In this document: positions 1 to 9,375 of the stretch, one piece after another
How the letters are laid out: every line of letters begins with the position of its first letter
Position numbering within the stretch: the stretch's first letter is position 1
IMG/VR virus record: IMGVR_UViG_3300011335_000775
Span: 49,803-113,802 of that record
Source: a virus
Strand: one strand, 5' to 3'
Length of the DNA stretch: 64,000 nt
Position numbers and translations under genes: made by a program
Notes under the pieces: generated by a model
Seen by the model: the letters and a program-made list of their open reading frames with translations, nothing else
Told to the model about the DNA's origin: nothing
Databases searched by the model: none

Positions 1-173
1 ATCAGAGCACTCCTCATCTTAGACCTGGCAACCCGTGCCCTGCACATGTCGCTCCTATTTCTAGTGGAAGTTCTAGTGTGTTTGTTGATGGCATTGCGTT
101 GGCAAGAGTGGGTGATGGACTGGCTGGTTGTACCGCAGTGGCCACCGGCAGTTCAGATGTATTTGCAGGATAA
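1..173 (+). CDS. PAAR-domain spike-tip protein (T4 gp5.4-like), 3' part only
   Basis: Manual translation from nt 3: ...PHLRPGNPCPAHVAPISSGSSSVFVDGIALARVGDGLAGCTAVATGSSDVFAG*; typical PAAR motifs (GS..VFV.G...ARVGD, GS.DVF.G). Confidence 0.85.
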   Translation, partial: QSTPHLRPGNPCPAHVAPISSGSSSVFVDGIALARVGDGLAGCTAVATGSSDVFAG

Positions 174-176
174 CAC

Positions 177-2099
177 ATGGCCACTGGTATATTAACTCCT
201 TTACAAATGATTGCCGGTGCTGCACTGAGCAGCAATAGCGGTGTTGAGATTGCCAACACATGGACTGCCGCGGTCAATTCATATACTGGTACAACATTAC
301 TCACACCATTCTTTGCTGCTGTGGCCAACTCATCAGCAGCCAATATCAGTGCTAATACATTGACCAGTATGTTTACATTTTGTGCCAGTACTGTGCCGGC
401 ATTGGCTGACAATACTCCTGCGGCATACAGCGGACTTGGAACCAATATCTCTGCTGGATTTACTGGAATAGTAACTACTCAAGGCAACAGTTATCTTGGC
501 AATGGCAACAACACTGTATTTGCACAAGTATTCCCAGCAGCACAGGGATATGTGGTTGCCACAAATAGTTATATCAACAGCAGCATTAACAGTCAAACTT
601 ATTTGGGATCAACATTCACCAGCATGAATAGTTTGATCACTGGCAATCTCAGTGATGCCACGTTGGCCATGCGATCATTTGGTACTGATCTAACTGCATT
701 GGGACAAATGATTGATCTTGACAATCTTGGTAACTTTGGATCACCTGCTGCACTGCTACGTCGATTGGCCACACTGACCAATATCACTCCGGGAGTAAGC
801 AATGCATTAACGCAAGCTGGAATCAACCAGGCCAATATCAACAACATAGTAGATCCAAATGTCAACGTTGATGACAATGTACAACGACTGGCATACCTGG
901 GCATGGTAAATGTCACAGGTACAGACCTGGAGCAAGTGTTGGCAGTATTTGGTGTAAAAACGCCTAACATAAACACCATGGCTGATTTGTTAAATCCTGT
1001 CAAGATTTTCCCCAACAGTTATCCCAGTCTCACAGTGAGAACTTACAGTCAAGATACATCAAGTGTATTGCGGGCAATCTACGATAACAATCAAGGTACT
1101 GTAAATTCAAAACTGTTGATTTATTTGCCACAATATATTTTGGTTACCGGCAGCAGCGATATGATCACATATCACCGACTGAGTTTGATTGTACCACCAG
1201 ACCAAGCATTAGCGTCCAAGGCTATTCAAGTCAGCTTGCAACAGATCAAGAACATTAATAATATGAGTTTGACACAGTTGGCCGCAGCGTTCACCAACAT
1301 GCAGACCACTCGAGATCTTGATCTCATCAGTTCGTTGCCGGAGGCAGTACCTCCATCTGTGGCAGCATTTTATTCCAGTACATACGCAACTGGATCAGGT
1401 CCAAATGGAACATTGGTCATAACAGATCTGTTGGGAGCAGCAGTAGGAGTACCATTTACCAGTGACCTTACCAATGTTACCACCACAATCAACAGCATGA
1501 CTTTGGATGGAATATTGACCACATTAACCGGCACTTATGTGAGAATGGAAAACACAGTGAACGGTGTTTACAATGTAGGTAATGTTGTGATTATTCCACC
1601 CGGACCGGGTGCAGGCACTTATGGCAATGCAGATGCTGCATTGAATGCATTGATCAGCAACGCAGCAGTGGAAGTGGCCAGTATTGAAAGTTCTTATCCC
1701 ACACAGTCCGGCGTGCTAAACAGCAATTTCATTGCCATGGCTGCTAATCTCAGTTCAGAACTTACCAATCTATCATTGGCCAGCATAGACATAGCCAATT
1801 TGTCAACAACCGGTCGTGGCCCTATCATGAGCTTTGTACAGAGCCTGCCTGATTATGGAATCAACACTGAACAAAACGGTCCAACTCAATTTCTTGAATC
1901 AGTAGCCGATCTCAACACACAAGGTGGGCAAGCCATAGTGGCCTGTTTGAGAGAAGGTAAAAATGTATCGGCGTTAGATGCTGCCGGTGCCGGACAAGAC
2001 ACAGTGATTCCCAGCACACCCAGTTCGGTTCCTCCACGTGCAAACTTGATTCCGAGCACATACACCGACGCAGAAGCAGCCAATTTAGTTGTAAAATAG
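177..2099 (+). CDS. Putative virion structural (baseplate/tail-associated) protein, 640 aa
   Basis: Long A/T/S/N/G-rich, low-charge ORF directly after the PAAR gene. Confidence 0.55.
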   Translation: MATGILTPLQMIAGAALSSNSGVEIANTWTAAVNSYTGTTLLTPFFAAVANSSAANISANTLTSMFTFCASTVPALADNTPAAYSGLGTNISAGFTGIVTTQGNSYLGNGNNTVFAQVFPAAQGYVVATNSYINSSINSQTYLGSTFTSMNSLITGNLSDATLAMRSFGTDLTALGQMIDLDNLGNFGSPAALLRRLATLTNITPGVSNALTQAGINQANINNIVDPNVNVDDNVQRLAYLGMVNVTGTDLEQVLAVFGVKTPNINTMADLLNPVKIFPNSYPSLTVRTYSQDTSSVLRAIYDNNQGTVNSKLLIYLPQYILVTGSSDMITYHRLSLIVPPDQALASKAIQVSLQQIKNINNMSLTQLAAAFTNMQTTRDLDLISSLPEAVPPSVAAFYSSTYATGSGPNGTLVITDLLGAAVGVPFTSDLTNVTTTINSMTLDGILTTLTGTYVRMENTVNGVYNVGNVVIIPPGPGAGTYGNADAALNALISNAAVEVASIESSYPTQSGVLNSNFIAMAANLSSELTNLSLASIDIANLSTTGRGPIMSFVQSLPDYGINTEQNGPTQFLESVADLNTQGGQAIVACLREGKNVSALDAAGAGQDTVIPSTPSSVPPRANLIPSTYTDAEAANLVVK

Positions 2100-2175
2100 C
2101 AATTATAGTGCTATACTAGCTAAGTAAGAATGTGCCTTTTGGTACATAACAACAATTTTTTAAAAGGAAAACTTC

Positions 2176-3075
2176 ATGAAGAAATATGCTTTACTACTGG
2201 CCCTGGCATTGGCCGCAGGTTTTGCTCAGGCACAACCCATCCCTCAAGTCAGCGTCTATGGCAAAGTGCGTGAGTATCAAGAATCGTACACCTTGGGCAC
2301 CGCTAGTGCATTGACACGTTTGACCAACGATTCCAGTCGCCTGGGCGTCAAAGCCACAGCCAATGTTGGCAACGGTATCACTGCTAGTGCTGTGATTGAA
2401 ACTGGTGTTGCTGTGGACGCACCCAGTGCCACCACACTTGGTGATCGCATTTCTGTGTTCAGCTTGAGCAACAGCATGGGATCCGTGGGCGTGGGACGCG
2501 ACAAGCACTCAGTAACTCGTGTGTTGGATAACTTTGATGTGATGGAAAATGCGTATGGTACTACCGTATCTGCTATCCACAGCGCACAAGGTAGCCGTTT
2601 GCAAAACGCAGTGTTCTTGAGCACCGCAACTGTGGCCGGATTCAAAGGCAACTATGTAATGGCCAACAGCGAAACCGCTGGTGTGACCAATGTACAAACT
2701 GCCAGTATTGATTATGCAGCAGGTCCTTTTGCTGCTACCGTGGCACGTTACGACAGCAGCACAAACAGCACAAGCACCATCCTTGGTGCCAAGTACACCG
2801 TGGCTGCTACAGGTACCACAGTGTTTGGTATCTACAGCGATGACACAGTGTCTGGTGCAAGCACCACAGGTAAGAGCGTGGGTGTTCGTCAACCCGTTAA
2901 CTCACAACTTGCAGTATTGGGCGGCTACGGTGAAACCAATACTGGTGTAACTGCCAAGGCTGTTGGTGTGGCTTATGCCATGAGCAAGGCACTGACTGTG
3001 CATGGTCGTTGGAGTTTCACTGACGCTGCAACAGATGTCACACAATATGGCGTTGGCGTAGAATACAACTTCTAA
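2176..3075 (+). CDS. Gram-negative outer-membrane porin (Neisseria/Burkholderiales type)
   Basis: Signal peptide (AQA), VSVYG start, SSRLGVK motif, amphipathic beta-strands, C-terminal YGVGVEYNF; SD AAGGA. Confidence 0.85.
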   Translation: MKKYALLLALALAAGFAQAQPIPQVSVYGKVREYQESYTLGTASALTRLTNDSSRLGVKATANVGNGITASAVIETGVAVDAPSATTLGDRISVFSLSNSMGSVGVGRDKHSVTRVLDNFDVMENAYGTTVSAIHSAQGSRLQNAVFLSTATVAGFKGNYVMANSETAGVTNVQTASIDYAAGPFAATVARYDSSTNSTSTILGAKYTVAATGTTVFGIYSDDTVSGASTTGKSVGVRQPVNSQLAVLGGYGETNTGVTAKAVGVAYAMSKALTVHGRWSFTDAATDVTQYGVGVEYNF

Positions 3076-3118
3076 ATTGCCAATTGTAATTTGCGACAAA
3101 ATGTCGCAAAATAATCAC

Positions 3119-3146
3119 AAAAACCCTGCCCTGTGCAGGGTTTTTT
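3119..3146 (+). terminator. Rho-independent terminator (probably bidirectional)
   Basis: AAAAACCCTGC-CCTGT-GCAGGGTTTTTT; near-identical copy at 41019-41045. Confidence 0.8.
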
Positions 3147-3171
3147 GTTGTAAAAAACCCACAATTATTGT

Positions 3172-3222
3172 GGTTGACCAGAATTGGCAGATCGGGTATA
3201 ATACATACATTGCAACAAGGAG
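3172..3222 (+). promoter_or_regulatory. Sigma70-type early promoter cassette, copy 1 (with SD)
   Basis: TTGACC-17 nt-TATAAT (3174-3202), then ACATACATTGCAACAAGGAG. Confidence 0.85.
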
Positions 3223-3228
3223 TAGACT

Positions 3229-3396
3229 ATGAAAGTCAAGACAGCAGTTAAACGAGTTGAAGAAGCGATCAACGTCGGGGAGTTCAAGATGGCCAACCAC
3301 CTGCTGAACAAGTATCGCCGTCGCTTTGGCAACCGGCACTTCACCTACTGGTTGCGTCTGCACATTGCCAACGGACTGTATTTTACTGCTGAATAA
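3229..3396 (+). CDS. Small early hypothetical protein, 55 aa (MKVKTAVKRVEE...)
   Basis: Manual translation; SD AAGGAG; fills the gap between two promoter repeats. Confidence 0.7.
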   Translation: MKVKTAVKRVEEAINVGEFKMANHLLNKYRRRFGNRHFTYWLRLHIANGLYFTAE

Positions 3397-3397
3397 A

Positions 3398-3448
3398 GGT
3401 TGACCGGAATTGCAAAATCGGTTATAATACATACATCGCAACAAGGAG
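3398..3448 (+). promoter_or_regulatory. Early promoter cassette, copy 2
   Basis: TTGACC(3400)-17-TATAAT(3423), then ACATACATCGCAACAAGGAG. Confidence 0.85.
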
Positions 3449-3453
3449 TTTTT

Positions 3454-4089
3454 ATGTTCGCTACCCAAACTCGTAAAACTGTGCAACTGAATTCAGTACA
3501 ACAAACTCAGATAGAAGCACTGAGTTCTGTGTTAGGTAAACTGAGCAACAGCGATGGCAACTTTGCTTCCAGTTTGATCCAGAACTTTTATCGTTATGGT
3601 AGCTTGTCTCCCAAACAGCTGACCTGGGTTGATACTTTGACCCAACGTGCCACACAGCCCGCACCGGTTGCGCAGATTCAAGTGAACTTTCAAAAGATCC
3701 AAGATCTGTTTGATTTGGCTGCTAAGAAACTGCGCCGTGTCAAAGTCAAATTACAAACCGCACAAGGACAGCCAGTGGCGTTTGTCCGTGCAGGTGCTAA
3801 CAGCAAATATGCGGGTCAGATCCTGATCACTGACGGTGGCCCATTTGGCAACAACAAGTTCTTTGGACGTGTGGATGTTACTGGTGAGTTCTTTGCTACT
3901 CGCAGTGCCACACAAGAAGTGTGCGACCTGGTTAAAGAGTTTGCAGATGACCCATCTGCCACCGCAGGACGTTATGGACGCCTCACTGGTGGTTGCAGTT
4001 TTTGCAATCACGGGCTGAAAGATAACCGTTCTGTGCAAGTTGGATACGGTCCGGTATGCGCTCGCAACTTTGGTCTAGTATGGGGTTGA
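3454..4089 (+). CDS. DUF6011-like Zn-finger protein
   Basis: C-terminal CSFCNHGLKDNRSVQVGYGPVCA (CxxC...S...G.GP.CA); start moved to the ATG after the SD. Confidence 0.7.
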   Translation: MFATQTRKTVQLNSVQQTQIEALSSVLGKLSNSDGNFASSLIQNFYRYGSLSPKQLTWVDTLTQRATQPAPVAQIQVNFQKIQDLFDLAAKKLRRVKVKLQTAQGQPVAFVRAGANSKYAGQILITDGGPFGNNKFFGRVDVTGEFFATRSATQEVCDLVKEFADDPSATAGRYGRLTGGCSFCNHGLKDNRSVQVGYGPVCARNFGLVWG

Positions 4090-4114
4090 CCAGAATTGGC
4101 AGATCGGTTATAAT
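4084..4114 (+). promoter_or_regulatory. Early promoter cassette, copy 3
   Basis: GGTTGACCAGAATTGGCAGATCGGTTATAAT; the upstream TGA stop lies inside the -35 box. Confidence 0.85.
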
Positions 4115-4143
4115 ATACACATAAACAGCAAAAGAGGTTCAAA

Positions 4144-4368
4144 ATGAAAGTGTATTCGTTATTGGGATTTGTATCGTATGAAGGTTCGGATCTGATAGGT
4201 GTGTTTGGATCCGTAGAGGATGTGATGAAGTGTGTGCGTGAAGGTAGGTGGTTCTGTGATGAGTTGGGATACGTAGAGTCCGAACTGGGTGTGAAGATAG
4301 AAGATGTGTTGGGTGATGTGGTGTACGTGTCCTTTGTACGCTACAACGGCAAGGTGGTAGAAGTTTAG
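4144..4368 (+). CDS. Hypothetical early protein, 74 aa
   Basis: ORF with SD GAGG between promoter repeats. Confidence 0.7.
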   Translation: MKVYSLLGFVSYEGSDLIGVFGSVEDVMKCVREGRWFCDELGYVESELGVKIEDVLGDVVYVSFVRYNGKVVEV

Positions 4369-4418
4369 GTTGACCAGAATTGGCAGATCGGTTATAATAC
4401 ATACATCGCAACAAGGAA
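4368..4418 (+). promoter_or_regulatory. Early promoter cassette, copy 4
   Basis: Core identical to copy 3, then ACATACATCGCAACAAGGA. Confidence 0.85.
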
Positions 4419-4424
4419 CACATT

Positions 4425-4754
4425 ATGCAAGCACTACTCAACATTGAAAACATTCATAACACCGCAACAGCCGCAGCCCGCAAGACCACTGAAGACTTTC
4501 TGGTCAAGCACGGCGATCGCGATGCTTGCGGCTTTGCTTGGGTTACAGTCTACGAAAAAGGCTCTACCAAGTTGGGTCGCGCATTGAAGTCAGTGGGATT
4601 TAAACCAGCATACGGCGGTGGCCTCCAACTGTGGAACCCATCAGGCAGCTGGACCCAATGCATCACTGCCAAGGAAGAAGGCGCCCGCGCCTATGCTGAA
4701 GTGCTACGCAAATTTGGCATTGAGCAGGCATATGCAGGAAGCCGGGTAGACTAA
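4425..4754 (+). CDS. Conserved phage hypothetical protein (CGFAWV family)
   Basis: DACGFAWV...Q...KE.GA.AYA..L...GI motif common in phage early regions. Confidence 0.7.
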   Translation: MQALLNIENIHNTATAAARKTTEDFLVKHGDRDACGFAWVTVYEKGSTKLGRALKSVGFKPAYGGGLQLWNPSGSWTQCITAKEEGARAYAEVLRKFGIEQAYAGSRVD

Positions 4755-4759
4755 GCATT

Positions 4760-4790
4760 GGTTGACTGATATTGAGTTTTCGGTTATAAT
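4760..4790 (+). promoter_or_regulatory. Early promoter cassette, copy 5 (diverged)
   Basis: TTGACT(4762)-17-TATAAT(4785). Confidence 0.75.
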
Positions 4791-4818
4791 ACATTTTTAA
4801 TTTAACTTAGGAGTTTTT

Positions 4819-5238
4819 ATGTCTTACACTTTCGCTGGTACTTCTGTTCTCAAAGGTGTTCTCAAAGTTCGTTTTGCCAACTCTGAGGCTCGTGCCAAAC
4901 AACTGGCCAAACTGGGTGACACCGATGTGAATATTGTGCCGCTGCCGTCTACCATGGACAAGGCAGGCGCTGTGGCTTATCTGTTGGGGCTAGCAGGGTT
5001 TGCTGACACTGATGCTGTGCGTGAAGCACTGCAAGCAGAAGTGGCTGTGAAGACTCGTCCGGCTAAGGCTGCAAAGACTGTAAAAAAGAAAGTTTCCAAG
5101 ACTGTAACAGTCAAGGCCCGTCCTACTATGGATTCCATACGTGCCAAAGCAGCCCGGGCTCGTGCCGCAGCAGCCGAAGTGACGGTAACCGAAGCCGAAG
5201 TTGACAGCCTGATGATGGCTGTGTTCGGTACCAAATAA
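4819..5238 (+). CDS. Hypothetical protein with K/A-rich tail; paralogue of 50096-50446
   Basis: Shared AGT...G..KVRFAN....R.K.L.K...T..N...LP..M.K domain. Confidence 0.7.
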   Translation: MSYTFAGTSVLKGVLKVRFANSEARAKQLAKLGDTDVNIVPLPSTMDKAGAVAYLLGLAGFADTDAVREALQAEVAVKTRPAKAAKTVKKKVSKTVTVKARPTMDSIRAKAARARAAAAEVTVTEAEVDSLMMAVFGTK

Positions 5239-5291
5239 TCAACGTCCACAGGGCAGGTGCAATGCCTGCCCGCCCTCACTTAGGAATAGTC

Positions 5292-5645
5292 ATGGCAGGC
5301 TGGAATACAATCAAACAAATTCGTGACATAGAAGCACGAGCTGATCTTCTTGGAATGAAGTTTACTGCATATAAACATGATGATAGTTTTGGTGCAAATA
5401 TAGCATTGGTTCCCAAGGATAATCACACATTGCCCATCTACGCTCGTGATGCTGTGTTGTTTGCTGGCACATTGGAAATGGCTGACAAGTTTATGCAAGG
5501 TGTTGAGTGGGCACGTGATTATGATCGTATGGTTATTGACCGGAAGATAGATTCAAAGCGTGAACGCAAAGAACAAGATGAACGCAATCGTATTCTACTG
5601 CGCACACTCAAGGATGGCAAAGTGCCTAACCTAGTACAGACATAA
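5292..5645 (+). CDS. Hypothetical protein
   Basis: ORF with SD AGGA. Confidence 0.65.
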   Translation: MAGWNTIKQIRDIEARADLLGMKFTAYKHDDSFGANIALVPKDNHTLPIYARDAVLFAGTLEMADKFMQGVEWARDYDRMVIDRKIDSKRERKEQDERNRILLRTLKDGKVPNLVQT

Positions 5646-5709
5646 GTCAAGATAGAAGAAACTCATCCATTCATGTAGGTTGGGATAAATAATATATAGG
5701 AGATATAGT

Positions 5710-6450
5710 ATGATTCCGTATACTTACTTGATTGGGTGGACTGAACAAAACAAATTTTACTATGGAGTTAGGTATGCGTCAAATTGTACCCCATCAGAGT
5801 TAATGATCACTTATTTTACTAGTAGCTCAAGAGTAATAGAAATGATTGGATTATATGGATTGCCAAATATTATACAGGTAAGGAAGACCTTCACAACCAC
5901 AAAAAAAGCAAGACTTTGGGAACATAAAGTCTTACGCAGAATGGCAGTAATCAAGTTGGATAAATGGCTAAACAGAACTGACAATAAATCAATTGAGCCG
6001 CAAGTTGGTCAAAAAAATCACATGTTTGGTAAGTTTGGTAAATTATCGCATAGATATGGAACAACATTGTCTGATAAATCTAAGAATATTATAGGTGAAA
6101 AAAGTAGAATGAAAAAAGGTAATATGTCTGAAGATTTTAGTGAAAAGATGCGTAAACTTGTCACTGGTAGGAAGCAAAAAAACTCCACTAAAGAAAAAAT
6201 AAGTGAGCGATTAACTGGCAAGATATTAACTGACGAACATAAGAAAAATATTTCAGCCAATCATGCCGATACTTCGGGAGAAAATAATCCGTTCTTTGGT
6301 AAGAAACATACAGAAGAACAGAAGAAACTAATGTCAGAGCAAAGGACTGGGACAGTAATGATAAACAAAGATGGAGTCTTAAAACGTATTCACAAGGGAT
6401 CCTTGGAGAGTTATCTACAACATGGTTGGGTTAGAGGTAAGGGAAAATAA
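5710..6450 (+). CDS. Putative free-standing homing endonuclease (GIY-YIG-like N-terminus, NUMOD3 repeats)
   Basis: YTYLIGW...YYGVR start; NPFFGKKHTEEQKKLMS NUMOD3 motif; AT-rich; upstream TAAATA. Confidence 0.75.
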   Translation: MIPYTYLIGWTEQNKFYYGVRYASNCTPSELMITYFTSSSRVIEMIGLYGLPNIIQVRKTFTTTKKARLWEHKVLRRMAVIKLDKWLNRTDNKSIEPQVGQKNHMFGKFGKLSHRYGTTLSDKSKNIIGEKSRMKKGNMSEDFSEKMRKLVTGRKQKNSTKEKISERLTGKILTDEHKKNISANHADTSGENNPFFGKKHTEEQKKLMSEQRTGTVMINKDGVLKRIHKGSLESYLQHGWVRGKGK

Positions 6451-6451
6451 A

Positions 6452-6817
6452 ATGGGATTAGATCAATACATGTATGTTGCAAGTGGCACTAACTCTAATG
6501 ATTCTGACAGACGAGATTTAGGATATCGACGAAAACACCCCAACCTGCATGGATGGATGCATCGGTTGTGGGAAAGCAAAGGCTGTCCAAACGGTCATCC
6601 AGAAGATCAGTTCAATGGTACTGAACTAGAACTCACCTGGGAGGATCTTGAGGAACTTGAACGTGCAGTCACACACAAACAATTGCCTGCCACAGGTGGA
6701 TTCTTCTTTGGTAACGACAGTGATGATTATTATCGCGAACATGATTTGAAATTTGTGCGTGAAGCCAAGGCTGAAATATTCACTGGCCTAAAAGTGTTCT
6801 ACAACAGCTCATGGTAA
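6452..6817 (+). CDS. Conserved phage protein (MGLD.Y / RK.P.LHGW / GFFFG family)
   Basis: Characteristic motifs; C-terminal YNSSW. Confidence 0.7.
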   Translation: MGLDQYMYVASGTNSNDSDRRDLGYRRKHPNLHGWMHRLWESKGCPNGHPEDQFNGTELELTWEDLEELERAVTHKQLPATGGFFFGNDSDDYYREHDLKFVREAKAEIFTGLKVFYNSSW

Positions 6818-7275
6818 AAGCAGTATTTTACGAAAAGGTAGGACGCAAGTATGTCCCTGTGCGTGAGTACGATAGCCTGTTGATGGAATCGTTTCCCGAA
6901 GGAGCTCATCTTGTGATAACATATCCTGGTGGTCGCAGCACACGTTACAATGTTGATCCTGACCATGCTGGATTGATTGCTGCTAGTCGGGTTGCGGAAG
7001 ATGCCATGACCACTGCCATGCGTATGGCCAGTGAATTGAAACCAACAACAACTCCTCTCACAGAATCACAACGCAAGGCATGGAAAAAACTGGCCAAAGA
7101 ATTTGGTACTGAACTTTGCACACTGCAAGCATCCAGCGCACACGATATCGCACAAGCAGGAATTAATGCTTTACTTTCACAAGCAAATGTGCTATACTCT
7201 AATCCAGCAGTACGTGATGCCTACGAAAAGTTTCTATTCGTGTGTGCATTAACCAAACAGAAGGATAATAAGTAA
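6811..7275 (+). CDS. Hypothetical protein
   Basis: Translationally coupled ORF. Confidence 0.65.
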   Translation: MVKAVFYEKVGRKYVPVREYDSLLMESFPEGAHLVITYPGGRSTRYNVDPDHAGLIAASRVAEDAMTTAMRMASELKPTTTPLTESQRKAWKKLAKEFGTELCTLQASSAHDIAQAGINALLSQANVLYSNPAVRDAYEKFLFVCALTKQKDNK

Positions 7276-8664
7276 ATGTTATATGACCCACTTGCCCCTT
7301 ACTCTGTGGATGATGTCCGTTTCACTGGAACTATGTCGTCAGGTTGGATAACTGACCTCAACAGTTCCGACAGTCGCATTCACAAAGAGAAAGTGATTGA
7401 AAAAGCCCTAATGGCTGCAAAATTGGGCAGTGCCGATGCACAGTCTTTTTTGTTCAATTGCTATCAAGCATACAATCCTTTCTATACCTTCCATGTAAAA
7501 CAAGTTCCTGAAACGCAAGGTCTTACGGGGCGTGATAATCCTTGGCCATTGTTTTGGGGCTTGCTAGAAAGTCTACGTACTCGAACCAATACTGGACATG
7601 CAGCTCGTGACTTCATGATTCGTGTGAGTGAAGAATTTGACTCGGAAGAATGGAACACAATCTGTGCTCCTGTGATCCGCAAAGACCTACGCTGTGGTAT
7701 CAGTGAAAAGACACTGAACAAGGTGCTGGGCAAAACACAATATCGCATTCCGGTGTTCTCATGCCAGTTGGCACAAGATTCAACAGATCGTCCAGCCAAG
7801 ATGAAAGGTGTCAAACGTCTAGAAGTCAAGCTGGATGGTGTGCGTGTGATTGCTGTGGTCACTGCCAATGGTTGTACCCTGTACAGCCGCAACGGTAAGC
7901 AGTTTGCAAACTTTCCACAGATTGCTGATGCTGTGATGGATGTGCGTCCCATCTTGATAAAGAATAGTACACTCAACGCTAGCTTTATACTTGATGGTGA
8001 GATTGTGGGAGAAAGTTTTCAAAGGCTCATGCGTCAAGCACATCGTAAGAGCAATGTCGAAACGTCCGACACGGTGTATCACATCTTTGACGCCATGCCC
8101 TTGGCTGAATTTATGGAAGGACATTGTAATGCCATGCAAGCTCGGCGCCTTGAATGGTTGGAAGGCAGTCGAGATCGACTGATGAGAACTGACTGTTTGC
8201 GTATTATGTCAGGTGTTAATGTGGATCTAGACACAGCAGAAGGGCATGACGTGATGAATCGTTATGCACAGGATGCAGTAAAGGACGGATTCGAAGGAAT
8301 CATGATCAAAGATCTGTCTGCACCTTACGAGTGCAAGCGATCCAGCTTTTGGATGAAATGGAAACCCACAATCACTGTGGATCTCAATATCGTGGGATTC
8401 GAACAAGGAACTGGTCGCAATGAGGGCCGGTTGGGTGCTATAGTATGTGAAGGAGTTGATAATGACAGAAACATCAGAGTTAATGTTGGTAGCGGTTTGT
8501 CTGACAGCGATCGTGATGAGTATTGGGCTTCCCGGGATCAGTTACTTGGTCATGTGGTTGAAGTCGAAGCGGACGCAGTCACCCAAAATCAAGACGGAAC
8601 ATACAGTCTCCGATTCCCAAGATTCCTAAGATTTCGCAGTTTTGAACCAGGAGATAAACTATGA
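7276..8664 (+). CDS. lig: ATP-dependent DNA ligase
   Basis: Motif I EVKLDGVR, LDGE, FD, EGIMIK, WMKWK, OB-fold VGSG, LRFPRF. Confidence 0.95.
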   Translation: MLYDPLAPYSVDDVRFTGTMSSGWITDLNSSDSRIHKEKVIEKALMAAKLGSADAQSFLFNCYQAYNPFYTFHVKQVPETQGLTGRDNPWPLFWGLLESLRTRTNTGHAARDFMIRVSEEFDSEEWNTICAPVIRKDLRCGISEKTLNKVLGKTQYRIPVFSCQLAQDSTDRPAKMKGVKRLEVKLDGVRVIAVVTANGCTLYSRNGKQFANFPQIADAVMDVRPILIKNSTLNASFILDGEIVGESFQRLMRQAHRKSNVETSDTVYHIFDAMPLAEFMEGHCNAMQARRLEWLEGSRDRLMRTDCLRIMSGVNVDLDTAEGHDVMNRYAQDAVKDGFEGIMIKDLSAPYECKRSSFWMKWKPTITVDLNIVGFEQGTGRNEGRLGAIVCEGVDNDRNIRVNVGSGLSDSDRDEYWASRDQLLGHVVEVEADAVTQNQDGTYSLRFPRFLRFRSFEPGDKL

Positions 8665-8897
8665 GCAGATATAGAACCGTGACCGCAGAAGTTGAAGTTG
8701 AACTATCGGACTTTGACACCGATGACCTTATCGAAGAGTTAGAGAGTCGTGGCGCAGACTATAACACCAATGGTGTGAATGCTGATGAGATGCGACTGTT
8801 GCTGGAGTCAATTTGGCACAAGCGTCGACTGGGCAATAACGACTACCAAGCAGAACTGGACCGGTTGATATACGGTGTGCTTGGGCATGTAGTGTGA
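8661..8897 (+). CDS. Hypothetical protein
   Basis: ATGA-coupled ORF; L.DFDTDDLIEELESRG motif. Confidence 0.65.
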   Translation: MSRYRTVTAEVEVELSDFDTDDLIEELESRGADYNTNGVNADEMRLLLESIWHKRRLGNNDYQAELDRLIYGVLGHVV

Positions 8898-9169
8898 TCA
8901 ATCTAAACTTCAGCATTGCTAATCCTTGGCGCCGAGATCTTTGGAACATCCTGTGGAACATCAGCAGGTCGATTACCAAACACAAAGCCGTGGAGTTCAA
9001 TGGATATCGCACTGGGCATATGATTGATATAGAATTTGAGTGGAGATTCAATGGCGATCATGCAGGCGCCAGAGTCATGCTGGTGATGCTGGGATATGGT
9101 GTGGAACTGCATTTCTACGATATGCGGCATTGGGATTATGATAGAAACACCTGGGACAAAGTTCTATGA
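8894..9169 (+). CDS. Hypothetical protein
   Basis: GTGA-coupled ORF. Confidence 0.6.
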   Translation: MINLNFSIANPWRRDLWNILWNISRSITKHKAVEFNGYRTGHMIDIEFEWRFNGDHAGARVMLVMLGYGVELHFYDMRHWDYDRNTWDKVL

Positions 9170-9375
9170 ACGCATTGATTGAACGCATGATCAGTGAAGC
9201 CGGACTCAAATACTCTCCTGAACAAGCAGAAGCAGTGGAACGACTGGTGCGGATAACAGCTACTTTCTGTATTGATCAATGCGGCGGCAAAGGTGTATGT
9301 GTAGGATCCACCCTGGTCAAGAACAAGATTCTCACAGCATTTGAAATGAATCGACCCCCGGAAAGAACTTTATAG
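9166..9375 (+). CDS. Hypothetical protein, possible remote relative of the MNERI family
   Basis: MNALIERMISEAG...ERLVRITATFC...I...FE pattern. Confidence 0.55.
   Translation: MNALIERMISEAGLKYSPEQAEAVERLVRITATFCIDQCGGKGVCVGSTLVKNKILTAFEMNRPPERTL

Noticed and set aside
14-1015. Antisense/alternative-frame ORFs in the track (here and throughout, e.g. 7482-7976, 13568-14089, 48250-48807)
   Set aside because: Shadows of well-supported genes, with no RBS or recognisable motifs.
5710-6450. Group I intron around the homing endonucleases (also 39618, 57024)
   Set aside because: Flanking genes appear intact and there is no room for intron core structure; they look free-standing.
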